The position numbers and the translations under genes are program-made. Under the pieces are notes generated by a model. That model saw nothing but the letters and a program-made list of their open reading frames with translations, had not been told where the DNA came from and ran no database searches. Below, piece by piece: positions 19,714 to 28,628 of a DNA stretch of 64,000 nt. This DNA is from Candidatus Bathyarchaeia archaeon (GTDB lineage Archaea > Thermoproteota > Bathyarchaeia > Bathyarchaeales > Bathycorpusculaceae). The stretch lies in NCBI GenBank assembly GCA_050012255.1, contig JBEKHN010000007.1, positions 1 to 64,000 of the forward strand, in the 5' to 3' direction. The first letter of the stretch is position 1. Each line of letters starts with the position of its first letter.

Positions 19714-20082
19714 ATGAGCGATTTAGAAAAGCTAGGCAAATACGCATTCATGGCATGCATCATGATAGCACTAGTCGCTGGAGTAGCGTCTGTCTTCGCA
19801 GATTTCAGTTCTGCATGGATCGCGTTGGTACTAGTCGTCCTCGGCGTGTGCGTGGGCCTTACCACTATTACTGGGAAAGAAGTTACACCGCTTCTGCTGG
19901 CTGCAATAGCCTTGACAGTTGCAAGTTCAGGTGGCTGGTTCTTGATTATCAACGAAGCAGTGGCTAAACTTGGGACGTTCATTAACAACACAATGTACAA
20001 CATGGTGTCCTTTGTAGCTCCAGCTGCAATCATACTGGCAACAAAGATGATCTACCAACTACCGCGCGCTAGCGAAAAATAG
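19714..20082 (+). CDS. 4-TM membrane protein
   Basis: Hydrophobic helices, SD GAGGA, followed by a T-run. Confidence 0.8.
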   Translation: MSDLEKLGKYAFMACIMIALVAGVASVFADFSSAWIALVLVVLGVCVGLTTITGKEVTPLLLAAIALTVASSGGWFLIINEAVAKLGTFINNTMYNMVSFVAPAAIILATKMIYQLPRASEK

Positions 20083-20088
20083 ACTCAT

Positions 20089-20100
20089 CCTCCTTTTTTT
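20089..20100 (+). terminator. Oligo-T terminator
   Basis: CCTCCTTTTTTT after the stop; similar CCTCCCTTTTTTT at ~21498-21510. Confidence 0.5.
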
Positions 20101-20114
20101 CTGAAAAATCAGTC

Positions 20115-20480
20115 TCATAATTTAGACTCAGGTTGAACCGAGGATTTGATTTGACCCTTTCTAACGCTTGTCATGTGCGCCTGGTAGACTTTCAGTGCAC
20201 TCTTCCTTGATTTGATGCTTCTACCCACCGCAGAGAGAAACAACAATATGACTAAGAAATTCAGAACAGCAAATGAGTTGAAATCAGTCTTCAAGAAATC
20301 GAGTCCAATCTTGAAATTCCACATCACGAGGAGTATGAAGCACATGAACAATGTTAGGTTTCGCCTATGTTTGAAGTTAAACATGTTGTTCTTCCACATT
20401 TTGCAGTAGCGCTCAAGTTCGTCGCAACGATCGCAGCTATCGTTGAAAGCGCAATATTCGCCAAAACATCGTCTATCCAT
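20115..20480 (-). CDS. Two-TM protein with N-terminal five-Cys cluster
   Basis: CFGEYCAFNDSCDRCDELERYC followed by two TM helices. Confidence 0.6.
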   Translation of the reverse strand: MDRRCFGEYCAFNDSCDRCDELERYCKMWKNNMFNFKHRRNLTLFMCFILLVMWNFKIGLDFLKTDFNSFAVLNFLVILLFLSAVGRSIKSRKSALKVYQAHMTSVRKGQIKSSVQPESKL

Positions 20481-20651
20481 TGTTCGCTCACACTGTTGAA
20501 CAACTCATTTTGCGTTAAAACCTATGTTCCCAAAACCGCTAATTACCCACTTGGGAATATCCTTGTGCATCAAACGTGTCAAAAGGCGCGGATGATTTTG
20601 CTCAAGCCCGCAGTATGACGTGAGCTGCAATTTGGTCAACAAATATCGACC

Positions 20652-20696
20652 TTCGATACGAAGTCAGTTACATCCCATTGAATATATCTTAAATAG
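20652..20696 (+). promoter_or_regulatory. gvpA promoter (copy 2)
   Basis: TTCGATACGAAGTCAGTTACATCCCATTGAATATATCTTAAATAG. Confidence 0.8.
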
Positions 20697-20744
20697 CACT
20701 ATTCACTACTTAGGACGTCGTATAAAATAAAAAGGTGAAAAAAA

Positions 20745-20969
20745 ATGGTCGGACAAACTCCTAACTCAACCAGTTTGGCTGAAGTTCTCGACAGAGTGCT
20801 TGACAAGGGAATCGTCGTTGACCTTTGGGCCAGAGTCTCTCCAGTGGGCATCGAACTCTTGACCATCGAAGCAAGAGTTGTGGTTGCCTCTGTAGACACC
20901 TTCCTGCACTACGCCGAAGAGATCACGAAGATAGAACAAGCAGCCATCGGAGTACCTGCTACCGCATAA
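20745..20969 (+). CDS. gvpA: Major gas vesicle structural protein GvpA
   Basis: [51 protein letters not shown]. Confidence 0.97.
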   Translation: MVGQTPNSTSLAEVLDRVLDKGIVVDLWARVSPVGIELLTIEARVVVASVDTFLHYAEEITKIEQAAIGVPATA

Positions 20970-21011
20970 GACCGTTGAACAGCAAGCGGCCCTATACAGG
21001 AGAGGAAAAAA

Positions 21012-21491
21012 ATGTCTAAAAAAGAGAAAAAAGCGGCAAAGCATGTGCAAGCGGTTGCTGAGACTGCAAAAACGGCACCTGCGAAAAAGCACAGTCAAGG
21101 GGCCGCCATGCAAGTGAAAGAGCCAAAAGAGACCCTCCCTCCTTCGACAGTCAGAGGCAAGATTGAGGCAATCCAAAGAGAAATAGAAGCAATTCAGATC
21201 AAAAGAGGGGCTATTGAAGAAGGCGCCGCTGAAATCCACAAAGGCATACGAGCTATGGAAGCAAGCATAAACAAGCAGATCGACAAATACAAAGACGCTA
21301 TCGTTAACTTCTATGCACGTGTTGGAGACTTCAATAACTGTATCCTTGCGCAGTCGAAGGAAAACGAAAGAGCTGCCGCAGCCATCTATTCTGGCACAAG
21401 AGAAATCCAAGCAGGCACAGAAGCCATGCGGTCAAGGATTGAAGACAAGATAAAGGAAAATGCAGGGTACGCGAAGAACTTCTACGGGTAA
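21012..21491 (+). CDS. GvpC-like helical repeat protein
   Basis: Between gvpA and gvpN; internal repeats AAEIHKG/AAAIYSG and NFYA/NFYG. Confidence 0.55.
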   Translation: MSKKEKKAAKHVQAVAETAKTAPAKKHSQGAAMQVKEPKETLPPSTVRGKIEAIQREIEAIQIKRGAIEEGAAEIHKGIRAMEASINKQIDKYKDAIVNFYARVGDFNNCILAQSKENERAAAAIYSGTREIQAGTEAMRSRIEDKIKENAGYAKNFYG

Positions 21492-21541
21492 ATACACCCT
21501 CCCTTTTTTTCAATTCGTCAAGCTTATGTTAGACTCATGAT

Positions 21542-21727
21542 TTGGAGGTGACAAAAATCACCATTATGAGACCAAAAACCCAGTTGCGCGCTCAAGAAAG
21601 AGAAAGAAAGCAAAAGTGGTACATGCATGTCATGGGAAGACTGCAACACCTTTCTGTCGCTATGCGTCCACAAGCGATTCGCGCCTTATGGGTAAGAGAT
21701 GTTGTTAAAAAAGAAGAGGAAGAATAA
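21542..21727 (+). CDS. Small hypothetical protein in gvp cluster
   Basis: Short co-oriented ORF with GGAGGTG SD-like sequence; start uncertain. Confidence 0.4.
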   Translation: MEVTKITIMRPKTQLRAQERERKQKWYMHVMGRLQHLSVAMRPQAIRALWVRDVVKKEEEE

Positions 21728-21884
21728 CCGTCCGCAAAAGGACATCTCCTTTCTATTTCCCAGTTCCGATGTTTCAATATGCTGATAATTCTGGTTTGGG
21801 TTTCTGCGTCAAATGGGTCTTCAACCTCAAAGCTCTATCTATAATCTGTTTATCTTCCGGAGATTTACGATTTCTGACACAGAA

Positions 21885-21916
21885 TTCGTATCGACCTCTT
21901 GAATATTGCTTAAGTA
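21885..21916 (+). promoter_or_regulatory. gvpN promoter (TTCGTATCG-N5-TTGAATATTGCTTAAGTA)
   Basis: Same motif and spacing as 25777-25808. Confidence 0.7.
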
Positions 21917-21960
21917 AGTATACATAAGATTCTTCTTCAAAAAGAGCGTGATTCTGAAAG

Positions 21961-22989
21961 ATGAAATACAAACCCGCACACAAAAGAGAAGTTAGAGGAA
22001 ATAGAATTCATGAAACAATGGAAGAAAGGCTTTCAAAACAGGAAGGTGAACAGTACGCTGTAGAACTCTTGGTTGAAAGTGCCAAAACAGAATTTCTAAC
22101 GCCAACCGTTGAGAATTTTGTTGAAACAGAGCATGTTAAGAAACTGAAGGATAGAGTCAAACTTTGGGTCAATGCAGGATGCCCTCCTCACATTGTAGGA
22201 CCAACAGGTTGTGGAAAAACAACACTAGCGATGGAAGTCGCAAAGGAATTGGGAAGACCTACTGTGTGGATCAACGGTGACGAAGAAATGACAACAACAG
22301 ATTTGATCGGAGGATACTCGGAAATGGAGGCCGAAAGCCTGAGAGACAAATATGTTCACAACGTCATGATAGCTAGAGATAGGACCAAATTCTCATGGAT
22401 AGACAACCCCTTGACCCTGGCGTGCAAATACGGCTACACACTCGTCTACAATGAGTTCTCCAGATCCAAACCGGAAGCCAACAACGTTCTTCTCTCAGTG
22501 CTGGAAGAGAAGATTCTCGAACTTCCAACAATGTTTGGAGATAAGAGATACATCAAGGTCCATCCGGATTTTGCGATAATCTTGACAAGCAACTGCATAG
22601 AATATGCAGGAATACACAAACCTCAGGACGCCTTGCTTGACAGGATAGTAGACATTTACATGGACTACTACGACTATGATACTGAACTAAAGATTGCTCA
22701 AGTTCACACTCACTTGCCGTCTACTGAAGCAGAAAAAGTTGTGAAAGCTGTCAGAACAATCAGAGAAAAGATGCCTGAACCTTACAAGCCAGGCACCAGG
22801 GCAGAAATAATGATCTGCCAAGGACTGAAAGCATTGGGACGCAACCGCTCAAAAGAAAGCATTGAACAAATATACATGGATGTTCTTGCAACAAAAATAG
22901 GCGACCAAAGAGAACTGTTGAAGAAAAGTGACCTCATACATACCGTAATCAAAGAAGCCCACGGAGACTCTCACGATGAAAACACTTAA
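21961..22989 (+). CDS. gvpN: Gas vesicle AAA ATPase GvpN
   Basis: GPTGCGKT, WIDNPLTLACKYGYTLVYNEFSRSKPEANNVLLSVLEE, QDALLDR. Confidence 0.95.
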   Translation: MKYKPAHKREVRGNRIHETMEERLSKQEGEQYAVELLVESAKTEFLTPTVENFVETEHVKKLKDRVKLWVNAGCPPHIVGPTGCGKTTLAMEVAKELGRPTVWINGDEEMTTTDLIGGYSEMEAESLRDKYVHNVMIARDRTKFSWIDNPLTLACKYGYTLVYNEFSRSKPEANNVLLSVLEEKILELPTMFGDKRYIKVHPDFAIILTSNCIEYAGIHKPQDALLDRIVDIYMDYYDYDTELKIAQVHTHLPSTEAEKVVKAVRTIREKMPEPYKPGTRAEIMICQGLKALGRNRSKESIEQIYMDVLATKIGDQRELLKKSDLIHTVIKEAHGDSHDENT

Positions 22990-23070
22990 CGACACGGCTC
23001 AGCATGAAGATAAACAATTTTCAGGCTTGGGAATCAGGGGCACCCTTCTGTCCCTTAGGAGAGATATGGA

Positions 23071-23370
23071 ATGATGGCAAAGGAAACTAGCATGTCAATA
23101 GAAAAGGTCGCCGATCTGGCATTCACCATCGCAAAGAAGCACCTACGTAAGGAACCAGAAGCCATCATAAGTGCCGAAGAACTAAAGGGAGAATGGAGGA
23201 TAACTGTTGAAGTGTTGGAGAGAAGGTCCATACCAGACTCGCTGGATCTTCTGGGAAGATACGAGATCAGACTCAGCAAGAACGGCGCTCTAATCGGCTG
23301 GACACAGAAGGTCATTAGAAGACGATGCGACCTAGTGTCGTCATCTGAAACCGAGACAGAAACTAGTTAA
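23071..23370 (+). CDS. gvpO: Gas vesicle protein GvpO
   Basis: EWRITVEVLERRSIPDSLDLLGRYEIRL. Confidence 0.9.
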   Translation: MMAKETSMSIEKVADLAFTIAKKHLRKEPEAIISAEELKGEWRITVEVLERRSIPDSLDLLGRYEIRLSKNGALIGWTQKVIRRRCDLVSSSETETETS

Positions 23371-23381
23371 GGGATGCAACT

Positions 23382-23666
23382 ATGGGGAGAGAAAGCTGGT
23401 GGCAGAGAAGCCTAAACAGTTACTTTTACTCGATGAGAACAAAATCCCCCCATGACCTGGAATCAAAGCAGAGAATAGAGAGAAGCATGAAACTTCAAAA
23501 GGATCACGCCATGCAACATTCTAGAAGAAACTCCGAAATAGTAATCGTAACGACAAGACGCGTAGATTCGGTGGAGAGAAGAAGGGTAGCTAAAGACTTA
23601 GCATGGAAGGCGAAATGGGGCACAAGAACAGCCAAACGCAACAGAAGAGCAGAGAGGTACAGGTAA
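23382..23666 (+). CDS. Small highly basic protein (GvpI-like by character only)
   Basis: Arg/Lys-rich, co-oriented directly after gvpO. Confidence 0.45.
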   Translation: MGRESWWQRSLNSYFYSMRTKSPHDLESKQRIERSMKLQKDHAMQHSRRNSEIVIVTTRRVDSVERRRVAKDLAWKAKWGTRTAKRNRRAERYR

Positions 23667-23708
23667 CCATTCTGGATTATACAATTGCTATTATAGAGGT
23701 GAGAGGGC

Positions 23709-24542
23709 ATGGAATCGGTTAGTTTGAAGCCACGGTCTAACACAAGACTTGAGGGTTTAGACCATACCCTCCATCTATACACGTCGAAAGTGAATAAATA
23801 CGAAATTCAAAGAGCTTTTTTGGTTTTTATGAGAAAAGAGGAAAGGGCAGTAATCGTAACTAGAGACGATCTCACATCACTTGTCGAAGAGTTCAAGTCC
23901 ATGAACGTTGATTTAGAAATCATAAAACCAGAAGAACTAAGAGATCTTGAAAACAAGGCAAACTGCAACCTACGCATAATCATAGACGCTGGATCAATGC
24001 TTGACCAAAAAGACCAAGAAATCAGAGAAAGGGAACACTACATAAACGAGCTGGGCAAGAAGCAGCCTCTACGTTGTTTGTGCACATACGACGTTACTAG
24101 ACTTGATCCAGACACAATCAGACAATTTGCAGCATACCACAATCACCTTCAACTGACAACAAACGACATAACAATGCTGTCTGGAAATTTCGTTGACAAA
24201 TCCAGGTTATCATACGACTCCGTCGAAAAAATGGTGAAAGACAATCTTGAGACCATAATCCTTGCCCTTCTTCAAAGGAAAACCATGTGTGGAATTGAAA
24301 TAATAGGAGCTATACATCTTGAATTTAACGTGCTACTCAGCCCAGGAACGATTTATCCTCTCCTTCAGTCATTAAAAGATAAAGGTCTGTTGATTTCTGA
24401 CAAGAATGGCAAAGCAAAAACGTATGCTCCTGCAAGAGACGCAGAACTAAGAATAAAAAACATGCTTAAGGAGCACATTCAAATCCGTAAGCTACTAACC
24501 AACTATCTACAGGCGGAACAAACAGTCAAGGAGCCTGATTGA
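23709..24542 (+). CDS. MEDS-like sensor - PadR transcription regulator
   Basis: DHTLHLY...IIIDA...CLCTYD...H (MEDS-like); EFNVLLSPGTIYPLL (PadR wHTH). Confidence 0.75.
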   Translation: MESVSLKPRSNTRLEGLDHTLHLYTSKVNKYEIQRAFLVFMRKEERAVIVTRDDLTSLVEEFKSMNVDLEIIKPEELRDLENKANCNLRIIIDAGSMLDQKDQEIREREHYINELGKKQPLRCLCTYDVTRLDPDTIRQFAAYHNHLQLTTNDITMLSGNFVDKSRLSYDSVEKMVKDNLETIILALLQRKTMCGIEIIGAIHLEFNVLLSPGTIYPLLQSLKDKGLLISDKNGKAKTYAPARDAELRIKNMLKEHIQIRKLLTNYLQAEQTVKEPD

Positions 24543-24543
24543 A

Positions 24544-25251
24544 GTGACAACCGAAGAATGCAACGAGCTTTTGAAAAAGCCTGAGGAAAAAGAGGAGAGA
24601 CGGGAGGAACAAGGAAAATATCTCTATGGCATTATACTGTGCAGCGAAGAAAAAAGTTTTGGGCACATAGGAATAAACGGCGAGGAAGTACACACGATTC
24701 CCTATGAAGAAATCGCAGCCGTAGTCAGCAATTCGCCTATGAAGGATTACGAGATTACCGAAGACAATACACGGAGGCACATAGAAGTCTTAAGACAGAT
24801 AATGGAAAGACACACCGTCATACCAGCGGAATTCGGAACGACGATAAAAAACGACAGAATATTGAAGCACTTATTGACAAAGTCTCATGATCTAACTAGA
24901 AAATGTCTAAAGCTGGTTGATAACATGGTTGAGCTGGGCGTGAAGGCCATTCTAAACTCAGACACCGGGTTCACTGATCCGGAGAAAAGAAAGGAATGCA
25001 CATCAGATATCCTGGGGACACTGAACACAATGGCAAAACAATCAGTCACAGGCAACTTGTTCACCAACAGACTGGTTTTAAACGCATCTTTTCTAGTCAA
25101 CAAAGAAGATATTGATGCGTTTTCAGAGAAGGTGGCAAGGCTGCAGGAAAAATACCCCATGGTGAAACTTCTTTATAGCGGCCTCTGGCCCCCACACAAT
25201 TTCGTTTACATAAAAATCGGGGCCCAAGGCATCGAAATCAACAGAAAGTAG
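24544..25251 (+). CDS. gvpF: Gas vesicle protein GvpF
   Basis: YLYGII, IAAVVS, TVIPAEFG, LNASFLV, SGLWPPHNF; precedes gvpG. Confidence 0.85.
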   Translation: MTTEECNELLKKPEEKEERREEQGKYLYGIILCSEEKSFGHIGINGEEVHTIPYEEIAAVVSNSPMKDYEITEDNTRRHIEVLRQIMERHTVIPAEFGTTIKNDRILKHLLTKSHDLTRKCLKLVDNMVELGVKAILNSDTGFTDPEKRKECTSDILGTLNTMAKQSVTGNLFTNRLVLNASFLVNKEDIDAFSEKVARLQEKYPMVKLLYSGLWPPHNFVYIKIGAQGIEINRK

Positions 25252-25259
25252 GTGAACCA

Positions 25260-25553
25260 ATGCCTTTTCTAATAGATGACATTTTGCTTCGAGCACTCGG
25301 CATATCTGTACCGCCATTTGATTTACTCTGGCTAATGGAAACCATCACAAATTACGGTGAGGATGCAAGACGTGAGGAGATCCAGCGAAGAATTAACGAC
25401 AAAATAAAAGAGAACAGATTACTCTACGAACTGGGTGAAATAACAAGAGAGGAATACGAAAACATAAACGGGAAATTAAACCAGCAGCAAAAGATAAGCA
25501 ATCTTGGGGACAAAAAGGACCTCAATAAGAAGATGAATATCAGAATAGAATGA
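25260..25553 (+). CDS. gvpG: Gas vesicle protein GvpG
   Basis: MPFLIDDIL...IKENRLLYELGEITREEY. Confidence 0.88.
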   Translation: MPFLIDDILLRALGISVPPFDLLWLMETITNYGEDARREEIQRRINDKIKENRLLYELGEITREEYENINGKLNQQQKISNLGDKKDLNKKMNIRIE

Positions 25554-25776
25554 TGAAAACAAAGAAGACTCTAAACCGAGTCGTCTCCTCCACAAGCATA
25601 TTCTGGTGTATACTCCCGACAGATGCAAAGCTGCTTTTTCTAGATCAATGATAAGAATGCGGAGATAAAGGCTTGTCACACGAGCAAAAATATCGAGCTG
25701 ATTATTGCCACCGTTTTTGAATGGATACCAACGAAGGAGACAACGTGGCAAGAGCTTGTCAATTCTTGTAACAGGT

Positions 25777-25808
25777 TTCGTATCGGGCTTTTGAATATTG
25801 CTTATGTA
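25777..25808 (+). promoter_or_regulatory. gvpJ operon promoter (TTCGTATCG-N5-TTGAATATTGCTTATGTA)
   Basis: Matches 21885-21916. Confidence 0.7.
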
Positions 25809-25930
25809 CATTCAATTCACACAAATGTAGAAACTGAGGTTAACGCTATTGTGTACTTTGGGACGAGCAGAAAGACGTCCGGAATCAGTTCGGATCACAG
25901 AGTCTCAAGAGATACGGAGGGCCCTGTTGT

Positions 25931-26341
25931 ATGGCGAACCTTAGATCTGTCGAGGAAGAAGAGATGACAACATTAATGCCTCAGAAGGGAAATTCTTCGG
26001 GAGGTTTGGCAGATGCCCTAGACAGGATTCTGGACAAGGGATTGGTGATCAACGCTGACATCGTTGTTTCTGTTGCCGGCGTTGAACTACTTGGAATCAA
26101 AATAAGAGCTGCGCTGGCCTCTTTCGAGACTGCGGCGAAATACGGTTTAGAGTTTCCATCTGGCACAAGCTTAGAGACGAAGGCGTGGAAAGAAGCCGCG
26201 AAAGAAAAAGAACAATGCCCGCAATGCAGCAAAATTGTGGAGAAGGAGCAACTGCTCAATGATCAGTGTCCTTGGTGCGGATGGAGAAGCGCAAGCGCCA
26301 AGATTAAGGAAGAAGCACTGGTGAGGGTAAAGCTCACTTAA
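25931..26341 (+). CDS. gvpJ: GvpJ with C-terminal Zn ribbon
   Basis: LDRILDKGLVINADIVVSVAGVELL...ASFETAAKYGLEFP; CPQC...CPWC. Confidence 0.88.
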   Translation: MANLRSVEEEEMTTLMPQKGNSSGGLADALDRILDKGLVINADIVVSVAGVELLGIKIRAALASFETAAKYGLEFPSGTSLETKAWKEAAKEKEQCPQCSKIVEKEQLLNDQCPWCGWRSASAKIKEEALVRVKLT

Positions 26342-26371
26342 TTGTAGCTCTGGCCAACTGAGGCGACAAGA

Positions 26372-26917
26372 ATGCTTTGGAAACCATCAAGTTCGCACTT
26401 AGGCTCAACGAATACAAATCAAGTCATGAACGCGTTAGATGAGAAGAGCTTCCAGATCCTGGTGTGCCTTCTAAAAGAGAAGCACGCAGGGATCAGAAAG
26501 CTGGCTGATCTCATCGATGCCACTTGCGACATGGAAGTGCTAGTCAGAATAAGGGAGGTCATTAATCCAAAGGTTCAAGAGAGTACGGGGAAGTCCCTCA
26601 TCATTTTTGAACCTTGCAAACTTGATCCACTGACAGGCGAAAAAATCACTTTTTCGTGGTGGTTGAACGAAGAACTAGTAGATCATGCGCCTAGCTGTAA
26701 ATCACTTGACCTCCAGGAGGAAAAGGATACTCTAACGGTAATAGCTTCGATACCCTTGCAGGAAGAAGACGCTAGAGTTGAAGTTAAAGATGATTTTCTC
26801 ATTATAGCTGGAAAAGAATACTATCAGGAAGTCTTTCTCACCAGTGCCGTTGAGGGAGATGTGAAGAAGACAGTTAACAATGGCGTTTTAGAAGTTGTGC
26901 TGAAGAAGAAGCGGTGA
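26372..26917 (+). CDS. HTH + Hsp20-like protein (GvpH-like)
   Basis: HAGIRKLADLI HTH; C-terminal VNNGVLEVVLKK. Confidence 0.65.
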   Translation: MLWKPSSSHLGSTNTNQVMNALDEKSFQILVCLLKEKHAGIRKLADLIDATCDMEVLVRIREVINPKVQESTGKSLIIFEPCKLDPLTGEKITFSWWLNEELVDHAPSCKSLDLQEEKDTLTVIASIPLQEEDARVEVKDDFLIIAGKEYYQEVFLTSAVEGDVKKTVNNGVLEVVLKKKR

Positions 26918-26923
26918 CAAGAC

Positions 26924-27229
26924 ATGGTAATCAAGGTTGATGAAGGAAACCTCAAACAAGGTTTGCTAGGGCTCGTTGTTGCTTTGGTTGAGATAATAGA
27001 AGAAGCTCTTGAGAGGCAAGCCCTAAGGCGAATTGAGAACGGCAGATTAACTGCTGAAGAAGAGACGAGGCTTGGTGAAGCGCTAGCCGACCTTAACGAG
27101 GCATTGAAACGCATAAAGAAAGAGAACGACATTGAGGATGTCGTAGATTCTGTAATTGATGGTCTTTCTGAAGTGACTGACGTATTTTTAAACCCGGAAA
27201 GATGGGAAGAGGAGATGAAGAAAACATGA
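26924..27229 (+). CDS. gvpK: Gas vesicle protein GvpK
   Basis: GLLGLVVALVEIIEEALERQALRRIENGRLTAEEETRLG. Confidence 0.93.
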   Translation: MVIKVDEGNLKQGLLGLVVALVEIIEEALERQALRRIENGRLTAEEETRLGEALADLNEALKRIKKENDIEDVVDSVIDGLSEVTDVFLNPERWEEEMKKT

Positions 27230-28032
27230 AAGAAACGAAAGTCATCGGAGAAACTAGTCTCAGAGAAGGAAGATACGTGTACTGTGTCGTCGACAGCGGA
27301 GCAAAGTTGCGCTTGGGTAACATAGGAATAGCGAAAGCCGAAGTCTACACAGTTCCCCACAGGGATATTGCAGCAGTAGTGCATGCTTGTCAGAGTCAGC
27401 CCTACCAGTCAGAGGATGCAAACAAGGTCATGGAGTGGATCCTAAGCTACAATGATGTAGTCGACGGGGCTACAGAGCAGTTTGGCACGGTAATTCCCTT
27501 TTCTTTCGACACCATTGTCAAAGGTGATGACATCGCCATCGAGAACTGGCTAGGAAGGAGCTATGAGAAACTCAAGCATGATCTCGAAAGGCTCTGCCAG
27601 AGAGCAGAATATGTGGTTCAGATCTTCTCTGACCAGGACAAGTTAGTAGAAAAAATCCTGGCCGAAAATCAAGCTCTAAGGGAGCTGAAGCAGAAAACAA
27701 GCCAGATGCCTGAACGAGCTGGATACCTTCTTCGTCGAAAATTTGAACTAGGACTAAAAGATGCCTTTAATGCAACGCGAGCCAAACTGGCTGCAGAGTT
27801 CGCTTCCAAGATAAAAGAACACGCTGAAGAAATGGAGATCGAGAGAAGAGTTTCACATTTACCAGAGAACTATAAAGACAAGAAACTAATTGTACCGTTT
27901 TCCTGCCTAGTCCACAAGGATAAGGTCAAAGGTCTGGGCCAAGCGCTCGGTAAAATAAGTCAGGAAGGTTATGCAGTTCGCTTCACTGGGCCATGGGCAC
28001 CATTTAGTTTCGTCAAGCCTGAGGAGATTTAG
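27226..28032 (+). CDS. gvpL: Gas vesicle protein GvpL
   Basis: GRYVYCVV, TVIPFSFDT, TGPWAPFSF; ATGA-coupled to gvpK. Confidence 0.88.
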   Translation: MKETKVIGETSLREGRYVYCVVDSGAKLRLGNIGIAKAEVYTVPHRDIAAVVHACQSQPYQSEDANKVMEWILSYNDVVDGATEQFGTVIPFSFDTIVKGDDIAIENWLGRSYEKLKHDLERLCQRAEYVVQIFSDQDKLVEKILAENQALRELKQKTSQMPERAGYLLRRKFELGLKDAFNATRAKLAAEFASKIKEHAEEMEIERRVSHLPENYKDKKLIVPFSCLVHKDKVKGLGQALGKISQEGYAVRFTGPWAPFSFVKPEEI

Positions 28033-28034
28033 GA

Positions 28035-28628
28035 ATGAGACCTAGCCACCGAGAATGCGACATCAACGACATTCTGCAGAAACTGTTAGACAAGGGGCTA
28101 GTTCTGAACGCGGACCTGATCCTGTCTGTTGCAGGCGTTCCGCTGCTGGGAGTGAACTTGAAGGCGGCAATCGCAGGGATAGAGACCATGCTTGAATATG
28201 GAATGATGGAAGCGTGGGACAAGCGCACAAGAGAATGGTATGAGAAAGAATGCACGAAAAAAGCAGTAGTGCCGCTAGCCATGGATGAGGAGATAATAAC
28301 CAAAGCCTTTGGATCGGTCTGGAGTAACCAAGGCATCGTGAACACATGGAAGCCAGGCGTCTGGTACCTCACGAACAATAGACTCTTTCTTTGGAGGAAG
28401 GAGCCTACTGAGGTTGTTTTTGAAGCACCTTTAGGTAAGATAGAGGGACTTGTGGTGCAAAAGGAAGCCCACTTCAAGAAAGAGCGTGATGAGCTTTATC
28501 TCCAGTTCACTGGTGGCGAAGTGGGCCGTGTTTACACTTCAGACATTGGGGAATTCAAGGAAGCGATTGGAAATGCGTTGCTCGCTTCACTCAGTCGCAA
28601 GCAAGATCACAGGAGTGAAATGAGGTGA
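28035..28628 (+). CDS. gvpM: GvpM (GvpA family) fused to PH/GRAM-like domain
   Basis: LLDKGLVLNADLILSVAGVPLLGVNLKAAIAGIETMLEYG; C-terminal GVWYLTNNRLFLW. Confidence 0.75.
   Translation: MRPSHRECDINDILQKLLDKGLVLNADLILSVAGVPLLGVNLKAAIAGIETMLEYGMMEAWDKRTREWYEKECTKKAVVPLAMDEEIITKAFGSVWSNQGIVNTWKPGVWYLTNNRLFLWRKEPTEVVFEAPLGKIEGLVVQKEAHFKKERDELYLQFTGGEVGRVYTSDIGEFKEAIGNALLASLSRKQDHRSEMR

Noticed and set aside
25550-25760. Possible decayed second MEDS-PadR gene (HKHILVYTPD; KNIELIIA)
   Set aside because: Only short similarities in different frames; cannot be supported without an alignment
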